Below, piece after piece: positions 11,351 through 23,655 of a stretch of 64,000 nt of DNA. The notes under the pieces were generated by a model. That model searched no databases and was not told where the DNA came from. It saw only the letters and a list, made by a program, of their open reading frames with translations. The stretch is taken from positions 27,765,709 to 27,829,708 of the forward strand of contig NC_052159.1 of NCBI RefSeq assembly GCF_902713615.1. The letters are read 5' to 3'. This DNA comes from Scyliorhinus canicula (Eukaryota). Within the stretch, counting starts at the first letter, position 1. Each line of letters opens with the position of its first letter. The position numbers were made by a program, and so were the translations under genes.

Positions 11351-12179
11351 CAGTCATTTTCAAAGGCGGGGTCACGACCCGGGGTGGGTCACGGGTGGGG
11401 GTCGGGTGGGTCGCGGATCCATCCATCACAGTATTCCCAATCACGGAAATTAAAGCCGAAGCAGCCAGCTTTTAAAAATGCTGGCTGTGAGCGACATTAA
11501 AAATGATGGCCAGAACTGGCTTAAAAAATGCGGATGCACTGCGCATGCGTGCCTGCTCATCAGTGCGCAGGCCCAGAGCCCAGCGAGAAGCACTGCTTCC
11601 TCCTCATGTCAGCGCCATGACTCAGAAGAAGATTTATTTTTTAATTCAATCAGTCTTCCTGCCTGAAGCGAGGCAGAGAGCAGATCACGCGCCTCGAACG
11701 CTAACCTCACGTGCTCTGGGCGCGATTGCGATTCCGCCATCTTGTCAGCAGCAAACAAGCAACAGGACTGAAAAATTAAAAATGGATCATTTTGTAATAA
11801 GAGGGGGCCACAGACACAAACAGGCCAGGATCTCAAAACTAAACGTGCTGGAGAGAGTGGCTCAGGAGTATCTACAACAGGACAAAGCAGTGCTGGTGTG
11901 AGCTGTTCAGGACCTCTGATGAATAATCCATACAGAAATGTAACATTGAATGATAAAACAAGTGACATCATGTAGACCAAGCAGGCTCATCAGTTGCATT
12001 AAAGGTAAGCGAAAATGGTGGGTCACGAGATTTGGGCAGCGCGGGTTACGAAAGTGGACCAGCAGGGGTCGCGAAGATCGGCCGCTGTGGGTCGCAAAGG
12101 TCGGCCACCGTGGGGCATGAAGGTTGACTGGCATTGATCCCGAACGTTGGCCGGATGGGAAAAATGGGTCCACAGACTG
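11351..12179 (+). mobile_element. hAT (Charlie-like) non-autonomous DNA transposon
   Basis: Starts CAGTCATTTTCAAA...GGGGTCACGACCC, repeated GGGTCGC/GGGTCAC subterminal motifs at both ends, ends ...GACTG; right boundary uncertain. Confidence 0.55.
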
Positions 12180-12206
12180 TAGCTTTTGACCCTATCTCTT
12201 AGTTTC

Positions 12207-12850
12207 AGGGGGTATTTTCTTCAGAAAACCCACATAATTAATGGATAAGGATCCAACATGATTGCGATACCTGGAAAATTCAGGGGAAAGAAGGTGGACA
12301 GCAGAAGTTCATCAACAGAATCAGAGGCTTCTCAGAGTTCATCAGCATGGCGGCACGGTGGCACTGTGGTTAGCACTGCTGCCTCACAGTGCCGAGGACC
12401 CGGGTTTGATCCCAGCCCTGGGTCACCAACAGTGTGGAGGGATAAGACCACAGCCCAAGTCACCTTGTCCCATTCAGACTTCGCCTCGTTAGTGGGAATG
12501 CTCAGGATGTCCCGATTCAGCCAGGGTGAACCATTCAAGATCCATTGTCCTTTGGGACAACCTTGTTTGTCCAACCATTAGCACATCACAGAATCCGATG
12601 ACCTATTTGTCAGTCAATGGAAGGTTAGTTGCATATGAATGGCATAACTCTGTTCTTTAGCAGAAACGGGAGTGGGAAATCAGACAGCCAAGATAGCAAT
12701 AACGTTTGATTTCTGGGGGGTATTTCTTCTGAAAACCTACATAATGGATAAGGATCCAACATGATTGTGATACCTGGAATATTCAGGGGAAAGAAGGTGG
12801 ACAGCAGAAGTTCATCAACAGAATCAGAGGCTTCTCAGAGTTCATCGGCA
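12207..12850 (+). repeat. ~140-bp direct duplication (12207-12345 and 12715-12850)
   Basis: Near-identical blocks GGGGGTATTT...ATGGATAAGGATCCAACATGATTG...GGCTTCTCAGAGTTCATC, each followed directly by a SINE head. Confidence 0.85.
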
Positions 12851-12854
12851 GAGG

Positions 12855-13172
12855 GTGGCACGGTGTCACTGCTGTCTCACAGCTCCCGGGTTCAATTCTG
12901 GCTTTGGGTGACTGTGTGGAGTTTGCACTTACTCCCCGTGTCTGCGTCAGTTTCCTCCGGTGCTCCAGTTTCCTCCCACAGGCAAAGATGTGCATGTTAG
13001 GTGGATTGGCCATGCTAAATTGCCCCTTAGTGTCCAAACGTTAGGTGGGCATCTGGGTTACGGGGATGGGGTGGAGGTGTGGGCTTAAGTAGCATGCTCT
13101 TTCCAAGGGCCTGGGCAGGCTCAATGGGCTGAATGGTCTCCTTCTGCACTGTAAATTCTATCATTCTATGAT
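12855..13172 (+). mobile_element. HE1-like SINE, CR1-type tail
   Basis: Head with internal deletions, core GGTGGATTGGCCATGCTAAATTGCCCC, tail TTCTATCATTCTATGATTC. Confidence 0.85.
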
Positions 13173-14457
13173 TCAATTTCTTATATTATCACTCCTGGAA
13201 TTAATCAATCTTTCCGCACCACATTAAAACTTTAAGAAGCTATGACATCTGGTCCAATCTCTTAGCCACTGTTGAAAACTGACCAGGCACCCATAACAAA
13301 AGACAAAGACCTGGTGCTACAGCTGGAGCACTGCCTTCCACAGGTAATCTCAGGGGATCAGACAGTCTTCATTAAGGGACAACAACTTTCAGCCAATTGC
13401 CTGCTAAACATTGTCCTATTCCCCTCCTTGGTGCCCAAACCAGAGATGATTGTTTCCCTGGATGCTTGGAGTGGAGTGGGGATACCTGTTTCCGATTCTT
13501 GGGAGGTTCTTGGATTTGACTACTATATAGGGCCTCCACTGCTAGTGTTCGTATGAATGCTCTGAGCTCTGGTTACTTTCCATTGAACAGGGACACGAGA
13601 CATGGGGGTCCACTGTCTCCGCTCCTGTTTGCTTGGTAATAGAACCGCTCGCCATAGCACTCAGGTCCTCAGTTAAGTAAAGTGGGATGAATCTGGAAGG
13701 GATGGAGCATCGGGTGTCTCTTTAAGCAGATGACCTGCTTCTCTATATTTCGGACCCAGTACCCTCCATGGACGCGATAATATCTTTGGCTCCTTCTCTG
13801 GCATCAAGCTAAACTTGGACAAGAATGAATGTTTCCCAGTCAACCTCTCCATGGAAGAGAGTCCAACTGGGAATGTTATCTTTTTGCCTTTCCAAGACCA
13901 GCTTTCGCTATCTGGTGTCAGGTTTGTCCACAATTGAACCTCGCTTCATAAATTCAATGAGACCAATTTGGTCGATAGTATCAAAACAGACTTGCAGAGG
14001 TGGGATAACCTCCCACTATCCTGGGTGGATAGGGTTCAGATAATTAAAATAAACGTGCTCCCGAGATTTTTATTTCTTTTTCAATGTCTCCCCATTTTTC
14101 TGCTGAAGTCCTTTTTCATTAAAGTCGACAAATTAATGTCCCACTTTGTTTGGGCGGGTATAACTCCGAGTGTCCGTGAGGCTTTGCTCCAAAGAGACAG
14201 ACAATCAGGGGCTTGGTCCTACCCTATTTATTGTTTTACTATTGGGCAGCAACTATTCAGAAGATATTGCTGTGGCTTATCGATCCTGGCTCCATATGGG
14301 GATAAGTGGGAGTGAGCTCCTGCACTGTTTCTAGCCTTCGCGTCATTATAGCATTGTTGCCTTTCTCTCTTGTGAGTTTTTCCCTAATTCCACCCAGAGA
14401 ATCTGGAAGCAAATTCAGGCAGCATTTTAAGCTCTATTCCCTGTCTTCGCTAGCCCC

Positions 14458-16109
14458 TGATGTGACCATCAATTCACATGAGATGAAGAGTAGAAGTGAA
14501 CAGTGGTTTTAATCAGCTAGATCTGTGCCTGCCTGTGACTGCTCTGTACTAAGTGCCGCCTACAGGCTGCAGATCTATATACCTCCCCCGAGGGGGCGGA
14601 GACCTAGGCGGAGCCCAAAAGGGCATCAACATAATACAATGTAATACAATGCGATCCGGAGGCGAGGGAGATTGTTTGGAATGAGGGGGAAATTTGGAGA
14701 GAATAGCACCTTACCGTGTCTGGATGTATGAAGCTCTCCGTGCTCCCAGAGTCAAACAGGCAGGGCGTTTCGTGCCCATTGACCCGGACGGTCATCATCG
14801 AGTTCCTGAGATGTTTGGGCCGTGACTGGTCGAGGGTGACAGCATTGAGCTGCGGGTAGTCGGAGGAGGAGGTGGGGTAGTCCCTAGATGGCGGCCCCTG
14901 TCGGTCGCACGTGTCAGGCGGCATTGCAGATTGCGGCCAAGATGGCGGCCCCCATGAGTCACACGTGTCGGCTAGGGTTAAAGATGGCTGACCCCACGGA
15001 CAGCACGAGGAGATGGCATGTCCGAAGGGGGCGTACCGGCAGGCATGCAGCCACGCTGCAGGGTCTGTGGACCTGTGAGTCTGAAAGTCGGGCCTGTGAT
15101 TTAAGAGCTTTGGATCTGGTCAGGCAGACTTTGGCAAAATGTCCTTTCTTGCCGCAGTCGCTACAGGTCGCATTCCGAGCCGGGCAACGCTGCCTGAGCT
15201 ACTGGTTCTGGCCGCAGAAATAGCAGGGCAGCCCCCCGGGTTGGGTGGACAGCCGCGCGGCACAGGCCTGGGGCACCCTCTGGCCGGGTCTCCATGAGGG
15301 GATCGCATGGTCGGAAGGGAAAGCATTGAGGCTCTGAAAAACAACTTCTAAGGAGGTGGATAGTTTTACCGTCTCTTCTAGGTCGATGGAGCCCTTTTTG
15401 AGCAGACACTGTCTGACGTAGTTGGACCGGACTCCAGCCACATAGGTGTCCCAGATGGCGAGTTCCATGTGCTGCGAGGTCGTGATGTCCTTGTAGTTGC
15501 AGTTTCGAGCGAGTACTTTCAGGTCACGTAGGTATTCCTCCAGCAATTCCCCTGGGCATTGACGACGAGTGGTGAGGAGATGCCGCATGAACACTTCGTT
15601 TACCGGCCTCACGTACTGCCTTTTCACGATCGTGACCACGTCTGCGTACGTGGTCGCTTCCTCGATCTGCACGGAGATTCTGTGGTTCATCCAGGCGTGG
15701 AGGAGACTCAGTTTCTGTTCCTCAGTGATGGTGGGCAAGGAGGAGACGGCGAGGTAGGCCCAAAAACAGCGGAGCCAGTGCGAAAAGATTCCTTTGGCTT
15801 CAGCTGCCTGTGGGTCGAGTTCCAGTCGATCAGGTTTGAGGGTGGCTTCCATAGCGAGATCTTAGCTGATAAAATTGATGCGACCATCAATTCACACGCG
15901 ACGTAGAGTTGAAGTGAACAGTGGTTTTAATCAGGTAGAACTGTGGCTGCCTGCGACTGCTCTGTACTGAGTGCCGCCTACAGGCTGCAGGTCTATATAC
16001 CTCCCCCGAGGGGGCGGAGCCCTAGGCAGAGCAAACAAGAGCATCAACATAATATAATGTAATGTAATGTAATACAATGGTGAATGGTAGCAGTAATACA
16101 TTCACCACA
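14458..16109 (-). mobile_element. Internally deleted Gypsy LTR retrotransposon (family B)
   Basis: LTR copies 14458-~14650 (truncated) and 15876-16109 with TG...CA ends, 5-bp TSD GCCCC, gag ORF 15199-15852, CCHC knuckle, protease LFDSGS; RT/RNaseH/IN absent. Confidence 0.88.
15199..15852 (-). CDS. Gypsy gag fragment (217 aa open)
   Basis: MEATLKPDRLELDP...HWLRCF, RRQCPGELLEEYLRDL, ends in CYFCG knuckle; homologous to the gag of the element at 41563. Confidence 0.75.
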   Translation of the reverse strand: MEATLKPDRLELDPQAAEAKGIFSHWLRCFWAYLAVSSLPTITEEQKLSLLHAWMNHRISVQIEEATTYADVVTIVKRQYVRPVNEVFMRHLLTTRRQCPGELLEEYLRDLKVLARNCNYKDITTSQHMELAIWDTYVAGVRSNYVRQCLLKKGSIDLEETVKLSTSLEVVFQSLNAFPSDHAIPSWRPGQRVPQACAARLSTQPGGLPCYFCGQNQ

Positions 16110-18469
16110 GCCCCCATCTGCAATAACCACCTTTTTCTGCTTTACGTCATGGGAGGGGAAAAGTCAGGAGAGGTTTGGAGAACTGTTCGTGGAGGGGAGA
16201 TTTGCTGGTTTTAAGGAGTTGGCAGAGAAATTCCAACTGCCTGCTTCCAGTCTTTTTAGATATTTTCAGATTTACGATTGTTCACGTAAGATTTTTCCCT
16301 TGGCACCACCCTCTTCCCTGTAGAAGAGGATTTTGTCTTTGGCTGTATCTGATGGGGGGACTATATATAGCCATATCCTTTCAACGGAGTCAGATCCATT
16401 GAGCGAGGTGAGGACAAAATGGGAGGGTGAATGAGTTCCCATTCTGGGTGGTGAGATGTGGAGTGAGGCCTTTCACGGTCAAATCCACATCTTCATGTGC
16501 TCGGCTAAATTTGATTGAATTCAAGGTGGTGCACCAGGTAGATCTGACTGCTGGCTCACAGTGCCAGAGACCCAGGTTCAATTACAGCCTTGGGTGACAT
16601 TATATATTCTCCCCGTGTCTGCATGGGTTTCCTCCAGGTGTTCTGGTTTCGTCCCACAGTCCAAAGGTGTGCAGCTTAGGTGGATTGGCCATGATTAATT
16701 GGCCCTTAGTGTCGAAAAGGCTAGTTGGGGTTATTGGGTTACGGAGATAGGATGGGGATGTGGGCTTAGGTAGGGTGCTCTTTCAGAGGTTCAGTGTAAA
16801 CGTGATGAGCCGAAAGACCTCCTTCTGCAGTGTAGGGATTCTAGGATTCTATAAGAGGGAAGATCAGCAGATACTTCCCTGGAGTGGAGGATGAGTGTGA
16901 GCGCTGCTCTCGGGGGCTGGCTAACCACACACATATGTTCTGGTCTTGTCCCAAGTAGTAAGCTTCTGGGCCTCTTTCTTTAACACCATGTGGGAGATAT
17001 TCAATGTAGACCTGGATCATGTCCACTAGTGACCATATTTGGGGTGTCAGACTCTCCAGTACTGCAGTCGGGGGTGAAGGCGGATGTCCTCGCCTTCTCC
17101 TCGTTGATAGCCCGGAGACGATGCTTGGGTGGAGTTCTCCTGCTCTGCCTAGTGCCTCGGCTCGTTTGGGTGACTTCATATCTTTTCTGCACTTGGAGAA
17201 GGTGAAGTCCACCATTCGAGGGTCGGTGGATGGGTTCTACTTGAGGTGGCAGCCATTCATTTCCTTTTTAAAAAAAACAGTAACTGTCAGTTGTTTGGGG
17301 GTTTAGTCTAGATTGTTGCGTTAAAGTTAACATGTTCTGCTTGTATGTCTCTTTCTTCTATTGTGTCATTTTGGTTAATTGTTTTGGATGTTTTGTTTAA
17401 CATGAAAATTTTATTAATTAACATATTTTAAAAAAGAAATGTGGTATAAGGTATAGAGGAACACTAAATGCCCTGATAATATAACCTGGTTGGCATAAGG
17501 GAGGCACATTATACAATATGCCACTCTTGTATTCCTCATGAGCTGTAACACGAAACCCAGCATGTGGCATAGCAGAATCTCAGTTCCTCTTTGACAATGC
17601 ATATTGGCCAAGGACTAAGTGGGCAGTGGGCTTGCACGCTGCTCCTTCACCTCTGGAACATGAATATAAACTTACCCCAGATTTACATATATAGGGTTTG
17701 AGCTGTCTTGATCCAATTCCTGGTTGGTATGGGGGCCATAGTGTGAGAGCGATTGATTGGTTATCTAGTTTCTGCTGTTCATATGGATTATTGCTGTGGA
17801 AATTAAAAGGCTGTTAAAATACAGTGATGAGGTAGAAGTAAAGGCATCTTTGCTTTGCAGCCAGTTGAGCTCTGCCTATTCTAGGAGTGCCAAATTCCTC
17901 GCACCGATACTCTTCATCTTGACATGCATCCAAAATGAAATTAAATCAGATAGTTGAGTATGTTTGCAATATTGTCCTGAAATAGAAATTTGCATAATGT
18001 CATAAAACATAAATGAAATGCAATCACCTTCTAGCCACAACCTGAATCTGAAAATAAGATGACAACATTAAAATTATTCTCATCTGCATGATGCTTTATT
18101 CTGCCTTCATAAACACCACCAGTATGATCAGGCTGCTTTGCATCACTGATTTTGGTTGTCATAGCAGCCACCAGCAGGAAGGATGTTCCTTGCAGTAAAA
18201 ATTAAGGATTAGCAATCTGATTGAATCATTGCAAGTTTATAGTATGATAAAGCTGACTACTAGAGATAATAATTATCATAATATAGTATATGCATCATAA
18301 TTCCTTATGAGAGAGGCAGCATAGCTGCTGTGTTGAATATCAAGGAAATTGTCAAGCTTAAGTTTTAAGGAAGTATTTTCAGGATAGAATATTTTATAGG
18401 AGTCACCTTCTAATTTAATCAGCACTGTGAGAGCCTTGGGGATGTGTCCATTGTGGTGATGTAATCTCA

Positions 18470-18606
18470 GTCAGGGTTCTGTTGGTAATAACTTTGCCTC
18501 TGAGTCAGAAGGCTATGCATTCAAGTCCCTTCCGTGAACACATAATTTTAGGCTGATACTCCAGTGCAGCACCGTCACAAGTGCTGTCTTTCAGGTGAGA
18601 CAGTAA
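18470..18606 (+). mobile_element. Deu-domain SINE fragment
   Basis: CTCTGAGTCAGAAGG...TTCAAGTCCC head and GGCTGATACTCCAGTGCAG...GTGCTGTCTTTCAGGTGAGAC, similar to the 38300 copy. Confidence 0.55.
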
Positions 18607-18820
18607 ATGTCACCACAGTCCCAGAGGCCTCTCTCCACTTTGAGAGCTGACTGGTTGGTGGTGATTTAACCTGAGGGTCACCACTCCTTGGGCGAGGGGC
18701 AAGGTTGAGAAGGCAGGACCCTCATGAATAACCTTAGTTGGTACAGGAAGTGAATCCTGAACTGTTTGCGTCGCTCCGCATCATGAACCAGCCACCCAGC
18801 CAACTGAGCTAAGTACTTCC

Positions 18821-19035
18821 TGGCTGGTTTAGCTCAGTGGGCTAGACAGCTGGTTTGTGATGCAGAACAAGGCCAGCAGCACGGGTTCAATTCCCGTGTC
18901 AGCTGAGAATTCTGAATTCTCCCTCTGTGTATCCAAATAGGTGCCGGAATGTGGCGACTAGGGGCTTTTCACAGTAACTTCATTGCAGTGTTAATGTCAG
19001 CCTACTTGTGACAATAAAGATTATTTATTATTATT
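18821..19035 (+). mobile_element. SINE with GGCTGGTTTAGCTCAG head and ATT-repeat tail
   Basis: tRNA-like head, GTGCCGGAATGTGGCGACTAGGGGCTTTTCACAGTAACTTCATTG core, AATAAAGATTATTTATTATT tail; lies head-to-head with a minus-strand SINE at ~18610-18812. Confidence 0.8.
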
Positions 19036-19934
19036 TCTTATTTCTTGTTGAGCAAATTTAATGCTGTGGAAAACTTTTGCAGTTCTCAATAAGCCTTTTA
19101 TAAAACAACTCAATCGAGTTTATGATCACCTGTGCACTACTTGTGGAATGCAGATTGTGATGTTTGTGTTAAATTACTCTATTATTTTAGAATACTTGGT
19201 GAGTCATATATTTTAAATGACTATTTCAAAACAATGCAAAGGTTCATCACCAATGTAGTAAGACAAGAACGCTGAAGGAATGAGATTGTGATGTGCGCTA
19301 TACACTGCTAGAAATTCTTCAATGCCATTATTATTTGAGCTGTTCTTCATCCCCCAGCCTGTGAAAATTAATCTTCCTTTATAACCACATTTTTTTGCCG
19401 ACATGTTTTTTTATTCTCTGTGTTTATACATCCCCACCATATCACCACAACAAAGTCTGTAGAAAACGTCTACCAGTGACTTGCAATTTCCATTTCCATT
19501 ACTGGGAAATCTGGTCATGAAAACATTGAAGTAACGTTCAACAGATGTCATATTAAAAAATATTGTACAGTGTATTTGTTTCAAGAAAAGGTATTTGGAT
19601 TGCGATCAGAGACAGCTGTATTCATGCACTCAAGCAGATGGGAACACTGTTAGTGGGCTGACACTCGTAAAATTACCATAAAAACTTGTGAGTTGTTGAG
19701 AATCACAGATATTTTGAAAATGCCCATCAGTGAAGAAAACCAGGACCTCCAGGTCCAGTTTATCTGTGACTCCAATCCCACTTGAGCCTTAATGGCCCCA
19801 GAAGAGGCTGAGAAAACCGTTCAATTGTTGAAATTAAAAGAAAGAGATGGAAGGATAAGCACTACATTCTCAGGACAAGTACATTTGGGCAATAGGTGTG
19901 GATGCAGAAGCATCGCCACATCCACAGAACAGAC

Positions 19935-20115
19935 TGGGGCTGGTTTAGCACAGGGCTAAATGGCTGGTTTTGAAAGCAGTCCAAGGCAGGCCAGCAGCAC
20001 GGTTCAATTCCCGTACCAGCCTCCCCGAACAGGTGCCGGAATGTGGCGACTAGGGGCTTTTGACAGTAACTTCATTTGAAGCCTACTTGTGACAATAAGC
20101 GATTTTCATTTCATA
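19935..20115 (+). mobile_element. SINE with GGGGCTGGTTTAGC head and TTTCA-repeat tail
   Basis: Same family as 28228, 38671 and 40044 copies. Confidence 0.8.
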
Positions 20116-21026
20116 TTTTAAAGATGCTTCAATTTAATCAGTCGACCTTCTAACCTATTTGGTTAAACACACAATCCATGCTTTACCCTGAGCCTGCACA
20201 ATCTGTCAGAGGTTTTCAGTTTGCTCATTTGTAACACAGAACGGCTGGTGTTATTTTCAAGTATTGTCGGGGGCTTGTCGTCATTCCATTCTTGTACACA
20301 GTCATCATAAATTACATAGAACGTGATCACTCACCTCAGGTTGTGAGACTGAAAATTCATTCCTTTTTCTCAACTGATTTTGACATCTTCTGCCTTCATC
20401 GATTTTAATCCTAATTCAGAGGAAGTAACATTTTCTTTCCTGGATGTTCTCTCGTGACTGCAAGAGGATTACGTCTGCACACTAATGGTAGGACAGTCTG
20501 TGTCCCTTAGTAAGGTTTGTTTGGATTCCATGGATACCGTAATAACCTTTTGTGGTTAACCTTGCTAAGGGGAAATTCACTTATAACATATTCTGGCTGA
20601 TTTGATGGTTTATCATTAACTGAAGCATTCTTTAAAAGATTGAGGCACATGGCACACACTCAGCCAGTGAGAGGGATCATTTGTTCTTTGGTTTTCAGCT
20701 AACCTCTGTTCTTTCTGGCACGCAACACCACAGGCAAAGTTAAAGACAGTAAGCATTGTAAAGCTGTGAATTTAAATCAGCCATATTTGGCCAGAAATAA
20801 TGGCACGGAATAGTTGGCTAGTTACAAGGCATACAGGCCATCTGGTCCACCCATTTTAATTCTCGTTCCCCAACCTGCACCCAGGCCTGGGCTGTTAGAC
20901 TGAGAGGCTTCCCTAAAGGGGAAATCCCCGCCCGATTTACCGGGATAGTTCATATTCTGCAGAGGTCATGGGGAACCGTGACCTCGTGTAACACAATCAG
21001 TATCAAGGTCTATTCCTTTTTCCTTA

Positions 21027-21909
21027 GGGCAGGATTCTCTGGTCACCGAAATTGCGTTCGGCCAGAGAATCAAAGTTTCCGACCAAGTGGGCAACACGGT
21101 GGCGCAGTGGGTTAGCCCTGTTGCTTCACAGCGCTGAGGTCCCAGGTTCGATCCCATCTCTGGATCACTGTCCGTGTGGAGTTTGCACATTCTCCCCGTG
21201 TTTGCGTGGGTTTCGCCCGCACAACCCAAAGATGTGCAGGGTAGGTGGATTGGCCGCGCTAAATTACCCCTTAATTGGATAAAATGAATTGGGTACTCTA
21301 AATTTATTTTTTGAAAACATTTCCGACCAAATCAGGGGCGGCGCCGCATTTGTGATGCTCCGCCCCCTTCAAAGCGCATACTCTAGGAGGATGCCGCGCG
21401 ACGTATCGGCGGCCGCGCGACGTTGCCTGAGGCCCACCTCCCGATGCTCCGCCCCGACCAGCTGAGTTCCCAATGGCGTGGGTCTCTCGTGGTCTCATCT
21501 GTCGGGAACTCGGTGTGGCGGCTGCGGACTCAGCCCAGTGCCGTCACAGTTGGGGGAGGGCCGATCCGCGGGCAGGGGGGACTTTGCCGGGGTCTGGGGG
21601 CACTGTTGGGGGGGGGGTGGTCTGGCGCGCACGAGACGGCTAAAGAGGGGGCACTATTTTGCAGGCCGGGTCCGCGAGTGGCCAGTGCCTTATTGCACGG
21701 CACGGCTGCTGCAGGCCTTCACCGTGTGCATGCGCAGCCACGGACCCGGCAATTCTCCGGGCTGTATCAGCAGCTGGAGCCGGGTGCTCTACGCTGCCGG
21801 TATGCTAGTCCCCAGCAAAACGGAGGAACGTTGACCATTTTACGCCATTTTATTCTGTTGTAAAACGCCAGCACGGGGACATAGCCTCAAAATCAGAGAA
21901 TCCAGCCCC
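21027..21909. mobile_element. GC-rich Harbinger-type MITE with nested SINE
   Basis: TIRs GGGCAGGATTCTC / GAGAATCCAGCCCC flanked by TTA; short-tail SINE at ~21089-21312 inserted with TSD TTTCCGACCAA. Confidence 0.7.
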
Positions 21910-22014
21910 TTATATTTATCTAGCTTCCCCTTAAATGTACCTATGCAATTTACAGAGTAAAATAGTAGTAAAAGAAACAGTTCCACCATCTGCCAGTGTC
22001 TAACAGAAACTGAA

Positions 22015-22198
22015 AGAAAAACAGAAAATAGTGGAAATACCCAGAAGTTCTGACAGTGTCTGTGGAGAGAAACAGTTAATATTTCAATTCTGATTAAAGG
22101 CCATTGATATGAAATGTTAACCCTGTGTCTCCACCACAGATGCTGCCAAACCTGCTGAGTATTTACAGTATTTTCTGTTTTCATTTCAGATTTCCAGC
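22015..22198. mobile_element. Degenerate palindromic Penelope-like element
   Basis: Imperfect inverted arms (AAAACAGAAAATAGTGGAAATAC... / ...GTATTTACAGTATTTTCTGTTTT) around a decayed CTGATTAAAGG...TGAAATGTTAAC core. Confidence 0.55.
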
Positions 22199-22825
22199 CT
22201 AGAATCATAGAATCCCTACAGCTCAGAAGGAGGCCATTAGGCCCATCGGGTCTACACTGACCCTCTGGAAGTGCACCCTACTAAGGCCCAACCCATACGA
22301 TCTCCATATCGCACCTAAGTCCAATTTAGCATGGCCTATCCACCTAACCTGCACATCTTTGGACTATGGAAGGAAACCAGAGCACCCAGAGGAAACCCCA
22401 TGCAGACACAGGGAGAAAGTGCAAACTCCACACAGTATCCCGAGGTCAGAATCGAACCCGGGTCCCTGGCACTGTGAGGCAGCAGTGTGAAGATACTGAA
22501 ATCTGCAGTATTTCAGCCAGGTTTTTACAGGCTTCCAACCCAGCGAGATAGCACAGTCCCATGGGGTGGAGACACACTGCGACGGGCCATAAAATTTAGG
22601 CCTTGTTCTTATATTAGTGTTTAGCAGAAGCCCACCTGGGTCTCCTGGGAGAAGTTCCTTTTCCTGACATACGTCAATGATCTATGACGTATGAGGAGAG
22701 ATTGAATCAGTGAGGATTGATTTTGCTGGAGTTCAAAAGAATGAAGAGGGATCCTGTTGCCAATTGGCACCGGAGACGCCAATAATGTTGCTCTTTTTAA
22801 CTTGATACTAATATGACAGTTATTC

Positions 22826-23655
22826 ATGATGATATTTCTTTTCAGAGCCGCCAGGTATCAAATGATACCACTATAAGGTTTAGCCGGATATCGATCATAG
22901 ACCCAACAACCAGTTAGTTAGTTCAAGTTCAATGATAGTTTTTTTACACAAGAATTACTTCGACATGCACCATAAAACACTACAAGCTAAATTACACCTA
23001 ATACTATAACAACCTGTACTTAACTTCAGGCACCCGGCTTTATGCAGAGGAACAAGGCCTTTGTTCGGATCTTGCGTGACTGGGTCTGGAGAAGTGACTT
23101 TGTTTCTGCTGGGCTCATCCGTCTGGTAGCGATTGTTGGTCTTGAACTTGCTTCTGGTTGTGGTGCTGCAATTGGTGTCGTAGTCTGGGCCAAGAGAGTG
23201 CCGGTGCGCCGGGGCCAATAGAGACTGAACACATGGCTGTGTCTCTTTTTATCCTTCGGGGTTTCACGCTCTTTTGAGTGGTCCTTAGCTTTGGACCCAA
23301 TAATTCGGCAGGCTTCGATTACTGCCTTCAATCTTAGCCAACAAAGGGACAGGTGCCTTGATGGCTGGGCGTGTCCTGAACGGTCATTGACCTAGGCTGT
23401 TTGGTCTTTCTGGGTGAAGGGAGTGGCACCGATGAGTCTGTATCTGTATCTGATACCTGAGTACAAGTCTTTTGTTCTAGGGAAATGGGCCATTAGAATG
23501 CAAATCGGCTGGGGGTTTTGATAGTGTCTGATTATCTAGTGGCCAATATACACTTAAGCTCTAAGTTCGTCTGGATCCTGCGTTGGCCATATTTCCCATG
23601 ATTCTTTGCAAGTGGCCATACTTCCCTTTGCAAGTGGCCATCTCAGATGTCTACA
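22826..23655 (-). mobile_element. Probable long solo LTR (ERV/Gypsy-type)
   Basis: Minus strand begins TGTAGACATCTGAGATGGCC, repeated ATGGCCACTTGCAAAG motifs, TATA-like GATAAAAAG, architecture parallel to 40583-41537; no clear TSD. Confidence 0.5.

Larger units (their letters stand above)
13290..17435 (+). mobile_element. Decayed 5'-truncated L1/Tx1 LINE interrupted by a Gypsy element and a SINE
   Basis: RT-region remnants (DQTVFIKGQQLS, DLQRWDNLPLSWVDRVQIIKINVLPRFLFLFQCLP) at 13290-14457, resuming at 16110 and 16850 (CERCS...HMFWSC-like motif), A-rich end near 17430. Confidence 0.8.

Noticed and set aside
12300-12345. Minus-strand TGATGA/CTGA motifs suggesting a C/D snoRNA
   Set aside because: Box order and spacing are wrong and there is no terminal stem.
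17825-17977. Minus-strand acceptor-flanked segment as a coding exon
   Set aside because: Stops in all three frames from the acceptor and only ~50 nt from the adjacent candidate exon.
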